Origin: a virus
Lineage: Duplodnaviria; Caudoviricetes
Virus record (IMG/VR): IMGVR_UViG_3300020492_000001
Location: 1 to 64,000 of that record
Reading direction: 5' to 3' (one strand)
DNA length: 64,000 nt
This document shows positions 20,096-29,260 of this stretch, one piece after another; within the stretch, counting starts at the first letter, position 1, and each line of letters begins with the position of its first letter. Made by a program: the position numbers and the translations under genes. The notes under the pieces are model-generated. The model was not told the DNA's origin. It saw only the letters and a list, made by a program, of their open reading frames with translations, and ran no database searches.

Positions 20096-20434
20096 TTATT
20101 TATAGTATTGTATATGTAATGTGTGGGAGCCGCTAACTGCAATAACTCTAAAGTTTCTCACATTATCTCCATTTGTAATATCAAAGAAATCTAAATAAGA
20201 TAATGCCATACCATCTGTAGTTGTCGGAGGAGTTGTAGCTCCTAGCATTAAATATCTCATAATTACACCACTAGTAGTAGCTGATTCAACTCTAACCTCT
20301 GCATAAACAGCAGATGTTGGAACGGTTAAAGATTGAGCAGCTCCACCTGTTACAGTTAACTTCTCGTAACCTACAGCTATTAACTCTTTTTTCTGTTTAA
20401 TTGCCCTTACTATAGCGCCTGAGTTTTCATTCAT
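20096..20434 (-). CDS. small structural protein
   Basis: Beta-rich, 112 aa, in the structural cluster. Confidence 0.4.
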   Translation of the reverse strand: MNENSGAIVRAIKQKKELIAVGYEKLTVTGGAAQSLTVPTSAVYAEVRVESATTSGVIMRYLMLGATTPPTTTDGMALSYLDFFDITNGDNVRNFRVIAVSGSHTLHIQYYK

Positions 20435-20465
20435 TTTATTAAATTTTTATGTATCAAAAATAAAT

Positions 20466-20500
20466 AAAAAAAGGCTTAGTTTTTTACACCAAGCCTTTTT
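20466..20500. terminator. bidirectional rho-independent terminator
   Basis: A-run + AGGCTTAG ... CCAAGCCT + T-run. Confidence 0.6.
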
Positions 20501-20519
20501 AATTGTAATTAATTTATTA

Positions 20520-22106
20520 TTATGCTTTCCAAGTTGAAGTAGGAAGAGCAGCAAACTCATTTAACACTAAATCAGGGTCTCCACCAGAGATGTTTACAGA
20601 CCTTACATAAGGTATCATAATAGTTCCAGCAGCAAAAACTAATGGAGTTGTACCTACTGAGTAAACAGGATAAGTTACATCATTTACTTTACAGGTTACA
20701 GCACCAGCCTTGTTAACTAATACTTCTACAGTTAAGTAAGCAGCATCCACAGGAGCAATAGCATTTGTAGATACAAGTGTTGCAGAAGCTAAAATTCCAT
20801 TAGTAACAATTTGATCGCCAGCTCCAGCTAATGTACCAACAGATGCTAAATTTGAGTAAGCAAAAGTTGAACTATGCGCAGCTTTAGTGTGAAATCCTAT
20901 TTGCCAAGCAGCATCAGTCCAATCAGCAGCTACTAAACGAGCAAATACAGAGAAATCAGTTTTACCAACAACAAACTCTTCTGGAGCTAATGTTAATAAA
21001 CTTGGAGTAAATTCTGCTCCAATAGCATTAGTAAGAGTCATGTCTAAAACAAGTCCCGTATTACCTGGAGTTGGAACTGGAGTTGCGTTTGTACCAATTT
21101 GGTTATAAACCCACTTAGCGTCAGATACCATTTTATTTTCACCTGTAGTTGTTGGAACAGCTCCAGCAGCACCTTGGAATAAAATAACGTTATCTAAGAA
21201 GTCAATTTGAGAAGATGGGTCAGCAGCGTACTGTCCTAACAATCCTCTGTGAGCAGCTCTTTCAAAAGCAATATATCCAGCTAAGTTAGCAGTAGAAGCA
21301 CCAGCTCCATTATCTACATAAGCAGTTTGGTTTTTAACTAAATACACTCTTGATGTTCCGTTAAATGCAGTTGGCAAAGCAACTAAATCTAAGTAAGAAA
21401 TGTTGAACATATTGTATTTTTGACCACTTACAGCACTTAATCCAGCAGCAGTTAATGGAGTTTCAATTTCACCTGAAATTAAGTTTCCTGTCATAAAGTC
21501 GTAAACAGGAGCATTGTTTAACAAGTTTAATCCTGTACCGAACTCATAAACAGCCGCAGTTGTTAATACGAAGTTAGAAGCAGCAAATCCTGTTCCGTCT
21601 GTATTAGTTGTTGGACGAACTACAGAAGCACCTTGACGACCATTATTGCCTTGACGGTTATAAGGGAAGTATCCTGCTTTGTCTGTTACTGTAAATCCGT
21701 TACCTAATGTTAAGGTAGCAGCAGTTACGAATGGAGAACCTGCGTTAATATCAGCTACTAATTTTAATGTAATAGCCTCACGCTGTAAAGCAGCAGAAGC
21801 TCCTAATGTAGTAATATCATCTGGAGTAGTATAAGTAAACTTCTTTAAAGAAGAAGTGTACCCATGGTCTCTTACGTTTACATCTCCAATTTCAACCGAA
21901 TAAGCTGTTGAAGCTGTAGGAGTGTAAGCTGTTGCTCCGATTGTGATTACTTGTGCTACTTCAGCACGATAATTGATTTGAGAGAAATTAATCACTCTTG
22001 ATAATTTGACAGCGTCTAATCCAGCAATTAGGATTTCACCGCCACTGTATTGTACATCGCTTCCTGCTGATGTATTAAACAATACTGATTTGTTTTTCTG
22101 TGACAT
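20520..22106 (-). CDS. auxiliary capsid/structural protein (528 aa)
   Basis: Ala/Thr/Gly-rich, codon usage like the highly expressed capsid gene, three genes downstream of it. Confidence 0.5.
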   Translation of the reverse strand: MSQKNKSVLFNTSAGSDVQYSGGEILIAGLDAVKLSRVINFSQINYRAEVAQVITIGATAYTPTASTAYSVEIGDVNVRDHGYTSSLKKFTYTTPDDITTLGASAALQREAITLKLVADINAGSPFVTAATLTLGNGFTVTDKAGYFPYNRQGNNGRQGASVVRPTTNTDGTGFAASNFVLTTAAVYEFGTGLNLLNNAPVYDFMTGNLISGEIETPLTAAGLSAVSGQKYNMFNISYLDLVALPTAFNGTSRVYLVKNQTAYVDNGAGASTANLAGYIAFERAAHRGLLGQYAADPSSQIDFLDNVILFQGAAGAVPTTTGENKMVSDAKWVYNQIGTNATPVPTPGNTGLVLDMTLTNAIGAEFTPSLLTLAPEEFVVGKTDFSVFARLVAADWTDAAWQIGFHTKAAHSSTFAYSNLASVGTLAGAGDQIVTNGILASATLVSTNAIAPVDAAYLTVEVLVNKAGAVTCKVNDVTYPVYSVGTTPLVFAAGTIMIPYVRSVNISGGDPDLVLNEFAALPTSTWKA

Positions 22107-22169
22107 GGTTTTTTTTGGTTTTTTATTGGTTTATAATGATGTAAATGTAAATATTATTTTAATATGATT

Positions 22170-22979
22170 TTACTTAGTTTCTTTTTCTGCAAAAGCCGAA
22201 TTTTCAAAAGCACTTGTTACTCCTAATAAGATACTTGCTGCCAACTTAGCTAATTCATCTTGACACTTCTCAGGCATATCAGTAGTAGTTGTATTAGATG
22301 CTAATATTACTTGTCCGCTTGCTAGTGTTGTTGTAACCGCCGCCGTAAACTGAGTTCCTATTTGATAAGTAACACCGTTTTGAACACTTAACTCTGTAGC
22401 TATGTAAGAAGCACCAATAGTCACTACACCTACTCCTGCATTAATATATTGACTCTCATCTCCCATATTAAATACTGCTGGCTGCTTAATATAGTCTAGT
22501 TTACACGATGTGATAGCACTAGAATCTCCTTTATAAATAAGTAATCCTGTTGAATCTTCTAAGAAGTAAGGTTTTTTATTTGTAGGTTTTCTGAAAGAAC
22601 ATTCTAGTAATGGCCCACGCTTGTTATAAGTAGTTTCTCTTCCATAAGTAGTATTTCCACCTACGGTTAATGTTAAAGCGGCAAATGTTTGGTAATCTAT
22701 TGGATAGTCTACATGGTTAATGTAAACATCTGTATTATAAGTACCTATGTTTGTCGGCGCAGTTGAGCTTGTTTTAAGTAAGGTATATAACTCATCTCTA
22801 TACTTTTGGATTCTATCTATGCCTGTTAATTGATTAGAATTGATTGTATCTGTTATACTATCTATCTTTTTCATAATAGCATCATTCATAGCTTTATTCT
22901 TTTCTATGTTGTAAAATCTTGATGCGTGGGTAAGATTTGTATAAAAGTCTATTGCGTAACCTATTTGTATAGCATTCAT
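22170..22979 (-). CDS. head-tail adaptor/ring protein
   Basis: 269 aa two genes after the major capsid gene; DYIKQPA...DMPEKCQDELAKLAA pattern of ring proteins. Confidence 0.55.
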   Translation of the reverse strand: MNAIQIGYAIDFYTNLTHASRFYNIEKNKAMNDAIMKKIDSITDTINSNQLTGIDRIQKYRDELYTLLKTSSTAPTNIGTYNTDVYINHVDYPIDYQTFAALTLTVGGNTTYGRETTYNKRGPLLECSFRKPTNKKPYFLEDSTGLLIYKGDSSAITSCKLDYIKQPAVFNMGDESQYINAGVGVVTIGASYIATELSVQNGVTYQIGTQFTAAVTTTLASGQVILASNTTTTDMPEKCQDELAKLAASILLGVTSAFENSAFAEKETK

Positions 22980-23006
22980 TATGTTAAATTTTTAATAAAA
23001 GTAAAT

Positions 23007-23040
23007 AAAAAAAGGGCAAGTTTTATCTCGCCCTCTTTCG
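23007..23040 (-). terminator. rho-independent terminator
   Basis: Minus strand AGGGCGAG...CTTGCCCT followed by a T-run. Confidence 0.5.
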
Positions 23041-23058
23041 TTTTGTGTTTAGTTATAG

Positions 23059-24195
23059 TTATGCTAGTTTACTTTCTGCTTCTTCTATGGCAGCTACTAA
23101 TTTAGCTTCTGTCATGTGAGGTAGTCCGAATCCTTTAATACCTAATTCTTTAGCTCTTGCTTTTAAATCAGCCATTACTTCAGCGCTATCTTTTTTAGTC
23201 TCTTCCGAAACCACCGATTCCATACTTGCAAATGGTGACTTAAACTCTTCTGTTGGTTTATTCTTAGCTAATTCAGCTTCTAATTCCATAATCTTTTTCT
23301 GCATTTCTGCTTCTTTAGATTGTGATTGAACTGTATCTTGCTGAACTTCCATAGATTTTCTTGACTCAGCATCTTGCATATCGCATTTAGCATTTAAAGT
23401 AGTAGCCATTCCTGTATTATCTACTAAGAACTTAATAGCCATTTCTTTATTATGTCCTAATGGAATATTACCATAGATATAATTACCTGTAACCACATCG
23501 TTTATAATAAATCCTTTAGCAACAGCCTTATTAAATACTGAAATATATTCTCTCTCAGGATTGTTATGTAATTCTATAAACTTCTTAGGATCTAACTCCA
23601 TTACTCGGTAAATCTCATTAGTCATCATAAATACACTTCTGTTAGCATCTACATTAACACCTAAATTAATTGCAGCTTCTTCTAAAGCACCTCCACTTAA
23701 TGACTCGATAATAGCCTCCGCTTGTCTTCTTAAAGTACGTTTATTAATCTCTTTATGAGCTAACACTTCTTTGTCAATTACTTTCCATAAGCTTCTACCT
23801 TGTTGGTTAGGGCTTCCTTCTATGTATTGACTGTTTAAAATGATAGCGCAAGCCATCGCTTGATCAGGAATTGACAAATCGAATAACATCTTATTGTCTA
23901 TCCAAATTGCTTTAAACTGTAACTCTTTAGTTTCTGTGTTAATTCCTGTTGGAATACCATAGAATAAGTTAGTTTTCTTGTCCCGAATTTTTCTAATCAT
24001 TTTAACATTTTCATGTTTATTAGATTTTCTCATAGCTTCAATTTCAATAAATCCCTTGCGAGGACAATATTTCTCATTAGCTAAATTGACGATTTTTGTT
24101 TCTGCACCATTGCCGTCTTTTACAATGATGTAATCTACGCCCTCTTTAAGCATCTCGCTTACGTTGTTGTTGGCTGTTAAATTAAATACATTCAT
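23059..24195 (-). CDS. capsid-adjacent conserved protein with C-terminal HeH/Rho-N-like helix pair
   Basis: Start taken at MNVFNLT (24195) because a TATATTTG promoter box lies inside the longer 24240 extension; C-terminus LKARAKELGI...EAKLVAAIEE. Confidence 0.5.
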   Translation of the reverse strand: MNVFNLTANNNVSEMLKEGVDYIIVKDGNGAETKIVNLANEKYCPRKGFIEIEAMRKSNKHENVKMIRKIRDKKTNLFYGIPTGINTETKELQFKAIWIDNKMLFDLSIPDQAMACAIILNSQYIEGSPNQQGRSLWKVIDKEVLAHKEINKRTLRRQAEAIIESLSGGALEEAAINLGVNVDANRSVFMMTNEIYRVMELDPKKFIELHNNPEREYISVFNKAVAKGFIINDVVTGNYIYGNIPLGHNKEMAIKFLVDNTGMATTLNAKCDMQDAESRKSMEVQQDTVQSQSKEAEMQKKIMELEAELAKNKPTEEFKSPFASMESVVSEETKKDSAEVMADLKARAKELGIKGFGLPHMTEAKLVAAIEEAESKLA

Positions 24196-24232
24196 TTTTA
24201 TTTGGTTTAAATTTAAGACAAATATATAAAAA

Positions 24233-24250
24233 TAACTCAAAGTTGCGTTA
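24233..24250. promoter_or_regulatory. 18-bp palindrome copy
   Basis: TAACTCAA-AG-TTGCGTTA. Confidence 0.65.
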
Positions 24251-24257
24251 AAAAACT

Positions 24258-24292
24258 AAAAAACCCCTAACAAATTAATGCTAAGGGTTTTT
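24258..24292. terminator. terminator after the major capsid gene
   Basis: AAAAACCCCTAA ... CTAAGGGTTTTT inverted repeat. Confidence 0.55.
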
Positions 24293-24308
24293 ATTATTAT
24301 AAATCTAA

Positions 24309-25784
24309 TTAAGCTGATTTACGGATGATACACCATCTTTTAGTGTTGTAGATAACAAGTAAATCTTGTTTCAACATTGCCATTTTCCAAGCGTCCTCTT
24401 CTGAAATAGCATCTCCAGGTAAACCTGTCATACCATTAATAGTAGTTTTAACGTCAGAACGATTAACACCGTAAGCGCCTTTAGGTATAATTTCGATATT
24501 AGAATCCATAAACGAACCTAAATCTCCACCAATATAAGTACTTGACATGATTAATTGACCGTCATTACCTCTCTCTGGGAAACGTAACTCATCATCAAAT
24601 AAAGGATGTTGTACAAAACATACTGAACTTCCTGCGAAATTCATACGTGTGATATGGTATCCTACTTCGATTTCAGCACCACCTTGTACTTGTTGCATTA
24701 ATTGAGCGTTTTGCGCTAATACGAAACGAGCCATTTTACGTTGTGCATTGTAATATCCATCAATACCTGTCATAAACACGATATTAACAGAAGACGTAGA
24801 TGAATCAGATTGCTTAGTTAATAATTTCATTGCATCAATAAAATCATCTTCTGTAGCTTCTCCGTTTACACCTGAACCATATAATTCGTTACCGCCAGAG
24901 ATTTGCTCTTCGATACCGTCACCCATGATAATACCATTACCTGTTTCGTTATCAACTAAGTTAGCTACAGCAGCACGAGAGCCATCTGTGTTTTTCATAG
25001 TAGAGATACCGAAGATTTTAGCATATTCATTCTCCATAGCCCATTGAGCTTCTGCTTGACGAACTTTCTCGAATTTCCATCCTTTAACTGGACCGTTAGA
25101 AGACATATACTCATACCATAATACATCTGTTGCAGCATCTCCAGAGATAGCAACTGTTTTACGTTGAGTAGTCATATCTACGATAAAAGTATCAGGGAAT
25201 TGGTCACGACCATATCCTTTTAAAGATTTCTCACCATAACCTGTTGTAGATGGGAAGAAAGTATAAGTACCTGTACCTTGAGCTGCAACGTGTGTAGCAA
25301 AAGAGAATACTTCTTTTTGTGGATGTTGGAAGCTATATAACCAACCTGCTGCTACCTTAGTAGGCTCAGCCATAACCATTGCAGAATAACGATTTCCGTA
25401 GAAAACACACATTTGTCCTTTGTACGCGTAGTTATCTTTAGCGATTAATTGGAAAGTACCATCTGAACCTGAACTACCTACTTGAGAGATAATTGTTGCA
25501 GCTTTTTGAATACGACCCATAACGTTGAAACGGTAAGAGTTATCTCCAATAGCTTGGCTTTCTTTTACTTTACCAAATTTAGTTGGCTTACTTAAATTAA
25601 TACCATAAGGGCCTACTGCTCCAGATGTTAATAAAGTAGTTAATTGTCTTTGATCCACACGTTCTAACATTTGACGGATAGCAGGGAATTTTTGCTGATT
25701 TCTAATTAAATCAGACTCTAAAGTACAGTCTGCTGAGAATGTACCTCTTACTAGGTTTGTTTGACCTGGGTTTACTGTTGGCAT
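24309..25784 (-). CDS. major capsid protein (crAss-like)
   Basis: 491 aa after portal and scaffold genes; VFMTGIDG...FVQHPLFDD...RFP motifs; strongly biased codon usage. Confidence 0.8.
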   Translation of the reverse strand: MPTVNPGQTNLVRGTFSADCTLESDLIRNQQKFPAIRQMLERVDQRQLTTLLTSGAVGPYGINLSKPTKFGKVKESQAIGDNSYRFNVMGRIQKAATIISQVGSSGSDGTFQLIAKDNYAYKGQMCVFYGNRYSAMVMAEPTKVAAGWLYSFQHPQKEVFSFATHVAAQGTGTYTFFPSTTGYGEKSLKGYGRDQFPDTFIVDMTTQRKTVAISGDAATDVLWYEYMSSNGPVKGWKFEKVRQAEAQWAMENEYAKIFGISTMKNTDGSRAAVANLVDNETGNGIIMGDGIEEQISGGNELYGSGVNGEATEDDFIDAMKLLTKQSDSSTSSVNIVFMTGIDGYYNAQRKMARFVLAQNAQLMQQVQGGAEIEVGYHITRMNFAGSSVCFVQHPLFDDELRFPERGNDGQLIMSSTYIGGDLGSFMDSNIEIIPKGAYGVNRSDVKTTINGMTGLPGDAISEEDAWKMAMLKQDLLVIYNTKRWCIIRKSA

Positions 25785-25824
25785 AATTGTTTTTTTATTT
25801 TAAGGTTAGTTGTTTTTTAATTTG

Positions 25825-26976
25825 TTAACCATTCAAATGTGGGTCGTTTTCTAATAACTCAAAATTTCCTGTTTTTTGTAATGTCATACTTTTTGATGCT
25901 CCTCCTTTTTCCAAAGGCGGTGTGTTGTGCATCTTGTTTGCGTATTCAAGTTTGCCTTTAGTGTAGCTCTTAGCTTCAATATTTTTTACGGCTTTCTCTC
26001 CTAACTCTACAAATGCTATAAACTTACTTACCATACTTGGGTCTTTCATTAGTTGGTCGTACTTACCACTATTATACCTTTCTGTTAAGCCTTTCTTTAC
26101 TTCTGGTGCAAGTGGCTGATTCATAAAGACTGACAATTCATTCAGTGCTTTTGTTACTGATTCAGATTCCGCTTTGCGCGCTTGTAGTAAACTATTTTCT
26201 CTATTCGCTTTGTATTTTTCAATTATCTCTGAGCGTTGTGAAACAATTTGTTTCTCCGCAGCATCTAATTCTAATCTAATTCTAGTAGCCTCATGTTCTA
26301 CCTCTCCACTTTCAACTTTTCTTTCAATCTCTTGGTCAATCCAAGCTACGTCTGTATCTGTTAGTGGTCTTATTTGTTCAATCTTAATAGTTAAATCTTC
26401 TCTATATAAAGCTACAGAATCCATTGATTTGTACTTGTCTATATTTTTAAGAGGGTTAACTATCTCATCGTGTGAGTATCCTGCATCCGCCAACTCCATA
26501 TACATTCTTTGTTCTGGAGCTAGTTCTGAGAATAAAGATTCTTTAGTTAATGACTTAGCCCTTTCAATCTCTTCTATTAAAGGAGCTGTTTTAGCTTCTA
26601 TATAAGCCTCTACAGAATTTTCTGCAATTTCTAAACCTTCTGATTTAGCATATACAATCCAATCTCCTTCTTCTTCTTGAGTAGAATCATCATCTAATGT
26701 TAGTGGTGCGTTCTCATCAATTACCTCTTCTTTTACCTCTTCTGTTAATTCCTCTTTAACTTCTTCAGATGCTTTTTCTTCATCTAATTTTATTTCAGAT
26801 TCAATAACTTCTTCTGGCTTTTCAGATTTAACTTCTTCTTTTACCTCTTCTTTTGCTGCTACTGGAACTTCACCGTTAATAAATGAGTCAGTTGACAACA
26901 AATCGAAATTAGGCTTTACGGCAGTCTCAACATCTCGTTGAGTATTTTCTGCTACTATTTCAGCTTGGTTTTCCAT
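25825..26976 (-). CDS. capsid scaffolding protein
   Basis: Highly acidic, helical, between portal and major capsid genes. Confidence 0.65.
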   Translation of the reverse strand: MENQAEIVAENTQRDVETAVKPNFDLLSTDSFINGEVPVAAKEEVKEEVKSEKPEEVIESEIKLDEEKASEEVKEELTEEVKEEVIDENAPLTLDDDSTQEEEGDWIVYAKSEGLEIAENSVEAYIEAKTAPLIEEIERAKSLTKESLFSELAPEQRMYMELADAGYSHDEIVNPLKNIDKYKSMDSVALYREDLTIKIEQIRPLTDTDVAWIDQEIERKVESGEVEHEATRIRLELDAAEKQIVSQRSEIIEKYKANRENSLLQARKAESESVTKALNELSVFMNQPLAPEVKKGLTERYNSGKYDQLMKDPSMVSKFIAFVELGEKAVKNIEAKSYTKGKLEYANKMHNTPPLEKGGASKSMTLQKTGNFELLENDPHLNG

Positions 26977-27001
26977 TTTGTTGTATTTTTAGTCAAATAT
27001 A

Positions 27002-29221
27002 TTAAATATTTGTATTGTTTATATTTTCGTTATCGAATTTATTTTGATTTAAAATTAATTGGTCAGACATCTTATTTTGGGAAACACGTATATCAGTGTC
27101 ACCTTGCAAAATAATATTATCTTTTTCATTTAACTGTCTGTCCTCGCGGTCCTCTCTAGCTAACTGTAATTGTTGTTCAAGTTGAGCCGCTTGCATTTGT
27201 TGTTGATTTTGCATTTGAGCTTGTTGACTTTGTCCTTCAAGTTCTTTAATCTTAGCCCACCCTTCTTTTAATATAGCTTTCTGCTCTGATGCAATATCTG
27301 ACCATACAAAAGCTAAAGCATCTTCAGGACGTATCTCTTTAGCATTTAAAGAAGCGTTTAATTGGTCTCTCATAAATTGTTTAACCTCTGCGTATTTACC
27401 CGAGTCTTCTAAATGAACACCGTAATCCTTGTATCCTATCTCTTGAGATACTTTTAAGAACTTAAATTTACTTACTCCTAATATCTGCTCACCCTTTTCT
27501 AATTTATAGAATGCCCAAGTAATCTTAGTACTTTCTACAATTTTAGTTAAAGTCTTATTAATATACATATAAACACCATAAAAGAATGGCTCTGTCATTG
27601 TCCTAGAAGCTTGAATAGCTGAATTAGTATTAGTTGCAGTTGCACTAGCCGATATTTGACCTTCTCTATCATTGTTAATACCTGTCATTCTGTCCATCAT
27701 AACTAGAATGTCGTTTTTAAATTGAACTAATGCTCCGAATGATTGACTTAATCCTAAATCATGTGTTTGTAATATGTTATTTAAACTTACATCTCTACCG
27801 TGAAAGTTACCGCTTGCTGAAGTATCATAAGTTACAAATCCATCGTTTACTATATCGTAATTTATTTTCTTTACTGTATTTTTTGCTCCTAGCGCCGCCG
27901 TATTGAATCCTAAAATTGTTCCTTTGTGCTTGTTAATATCTTTCAATATCTGATACATTACAATATCAAATATGTTGGACCAATTCTCCATTTCATTCAT
28001 TAAAGAGATACGCTTACCGTCAACTGTGCCACACAAGAATCCTGTATAAGATGAACTTAATACTTTTCCTGGCTCGTCAACACTTCTCATAATAAAATAA
28101 GAACGTCTCATATTAATATCTAATTTCTCTAATCCTCCGATACGAGTTGCTTCCCATAAATCTTCTGCATATCTTACTTCTATCTCATATTTACCTTTCT
28201 GAACTTGTGAATCGTGCCACTCTTTATTATCCTCGTAGTTTTTAGCGTCAATTTCTGTGTAAATGAATTTCTCTGATGGGTCGAATATTAATTGAGTTAC
28301 AGTTTTAGGCATTTTCTTAAAATAAGAAGCTGTTACTGATTTCCACTCTATATGAATAACCTCTACTACTAATCCGCCATTAGGGCTATATCTAATTCTG
28401 TTATTAGAAGCGTTAGCGTAACTTTGTGGATTGTTAGATATATCTTTTAACATATCTAATTGCTTAGTGTCAAAGTTATATCTACGCATTACATCGTGAA
28501 TAGACATCCATTGTCTACATCCCATGATAGGACTTTTCTCTAAGAAAGTATCTCCATCAATTTCTTCGTAAATAGCATCGCGTGGGTCAATACTAATATA
28601 TCTTGTTTCACCCTCTTCATCTCTCTCTACCTTTCCGTAAATCATAGATGCTATTGAGCAATTTAATAAGTCATTTGAAAATTTTTGTTTTAAATCTAAA
28701 GAAGGTATTTGCTCATTTAAGATAATCTGCATAATACTCTCTTCTTTGTCTTTAGGAGACATCTTTTGAAATATCGGGTCTTCTTCTCCATCAGGTATCG
28801 GCGCACCTTCCATTATATCTACACCAACCTTGTTTTTTAAATCAAGTATTTCTTGTTTAGCTTCCATAGCACCATACATAAAATCAAGTTGATCCATCTT
28901 TGCAGATTTAGCATCTCTATTTATAGTTGTTACGGTTGCATTTAATGGCCTTGTAAGAAACTCTCCAACCATTAATTTAATCTTAGTTGAATGTGCGCGG
29001 TAAGGTATAAACTTTGCTCTATTCTGTATTCCGTAAGTTTTTGTAAGATACAATATACTCTCAGGAGTCTTTATTCCATTATATGATTTAAAAGATTCAT
29101 CCATAAGCGACCTATTATAGTCGCTACTTCTTAATAAATCTTGAGAATAATCTAGGAATAGCTTACACCACTCAGGTGTTTTTTCTTTCTCTAAAACATT
29201 TGTTTGTGGATATGAACGCAT
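27002..29221 (-). CDS. portal protein
   Basis: 739 aa after terminase; Q-rich C-terminal coiled coil (QQAQMQNQQQMQ). Confidence 0.8.
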   Translation of the reverse strand: MRSYPQTNVLEKEKTPEWCKLFLDYSQDLLRSSDYNRSLMDESFKSYNGIKTPESILYLTKTYGIQNRAKFIPYRAHSTKIKLMVGEFLTRPLNATVTTINRDAKSAKMDQLDFMYGAMEAKQEILDLKNKVGVDIMEGAPIPDGEEDPIFQKMSPKDKEESIMQIILNEQIPSLDLKQKFSNDLLNCSIASMIYGKVERDEEGETRYISIDPRDAIYEEIDGDTFLEKSPIMGCRQWMSIHDVMRRYNFDTKQLDMLKDISNNPQSYANASNNRIRYSPNGGLVVEVIHIEWKSVTASYFKKMPKTVTQLIFDPSEKFIYTEIDAKNYEDNKEWHDSQVQKGKYEIEVRYAEDLWEATRIGGLEKLDINMRRSYFIMRSVDEPGKVLSSSYTGFLCGTVDGKRISLMNEMENWSNIFDIVMYQILKDINKHKGTILGFNTAALGAKNTVKKINYDIVNDGFVTYDTSASGNFHGRDVSLNNILQTHDLGLSQSFGALVQFKNDILVMMDRMTGINNDREGQISASATATNTNSAIQASRTMTEPFFYGVYMYINKTLTKIVESTKITWAFYKLEKGEQILGVSKFKFLKVSQEIGYKDYGVHLEDSGKYAEVKQFMRDQLNASLNAKEIRPEDALAFVWSDIASEQKAILKEGWAKIKELEGQSQQAQMQNQQQMQAAQLEQQLQLAREDREDRQLNEKDNIILQGDTDIRVSQNKMSDQLILNQNKFDNENINNTNI

Positions 29222-29260
29222 TGAATGTATTTTTACTCAAAAATAGTAAAAATTAAGTAA

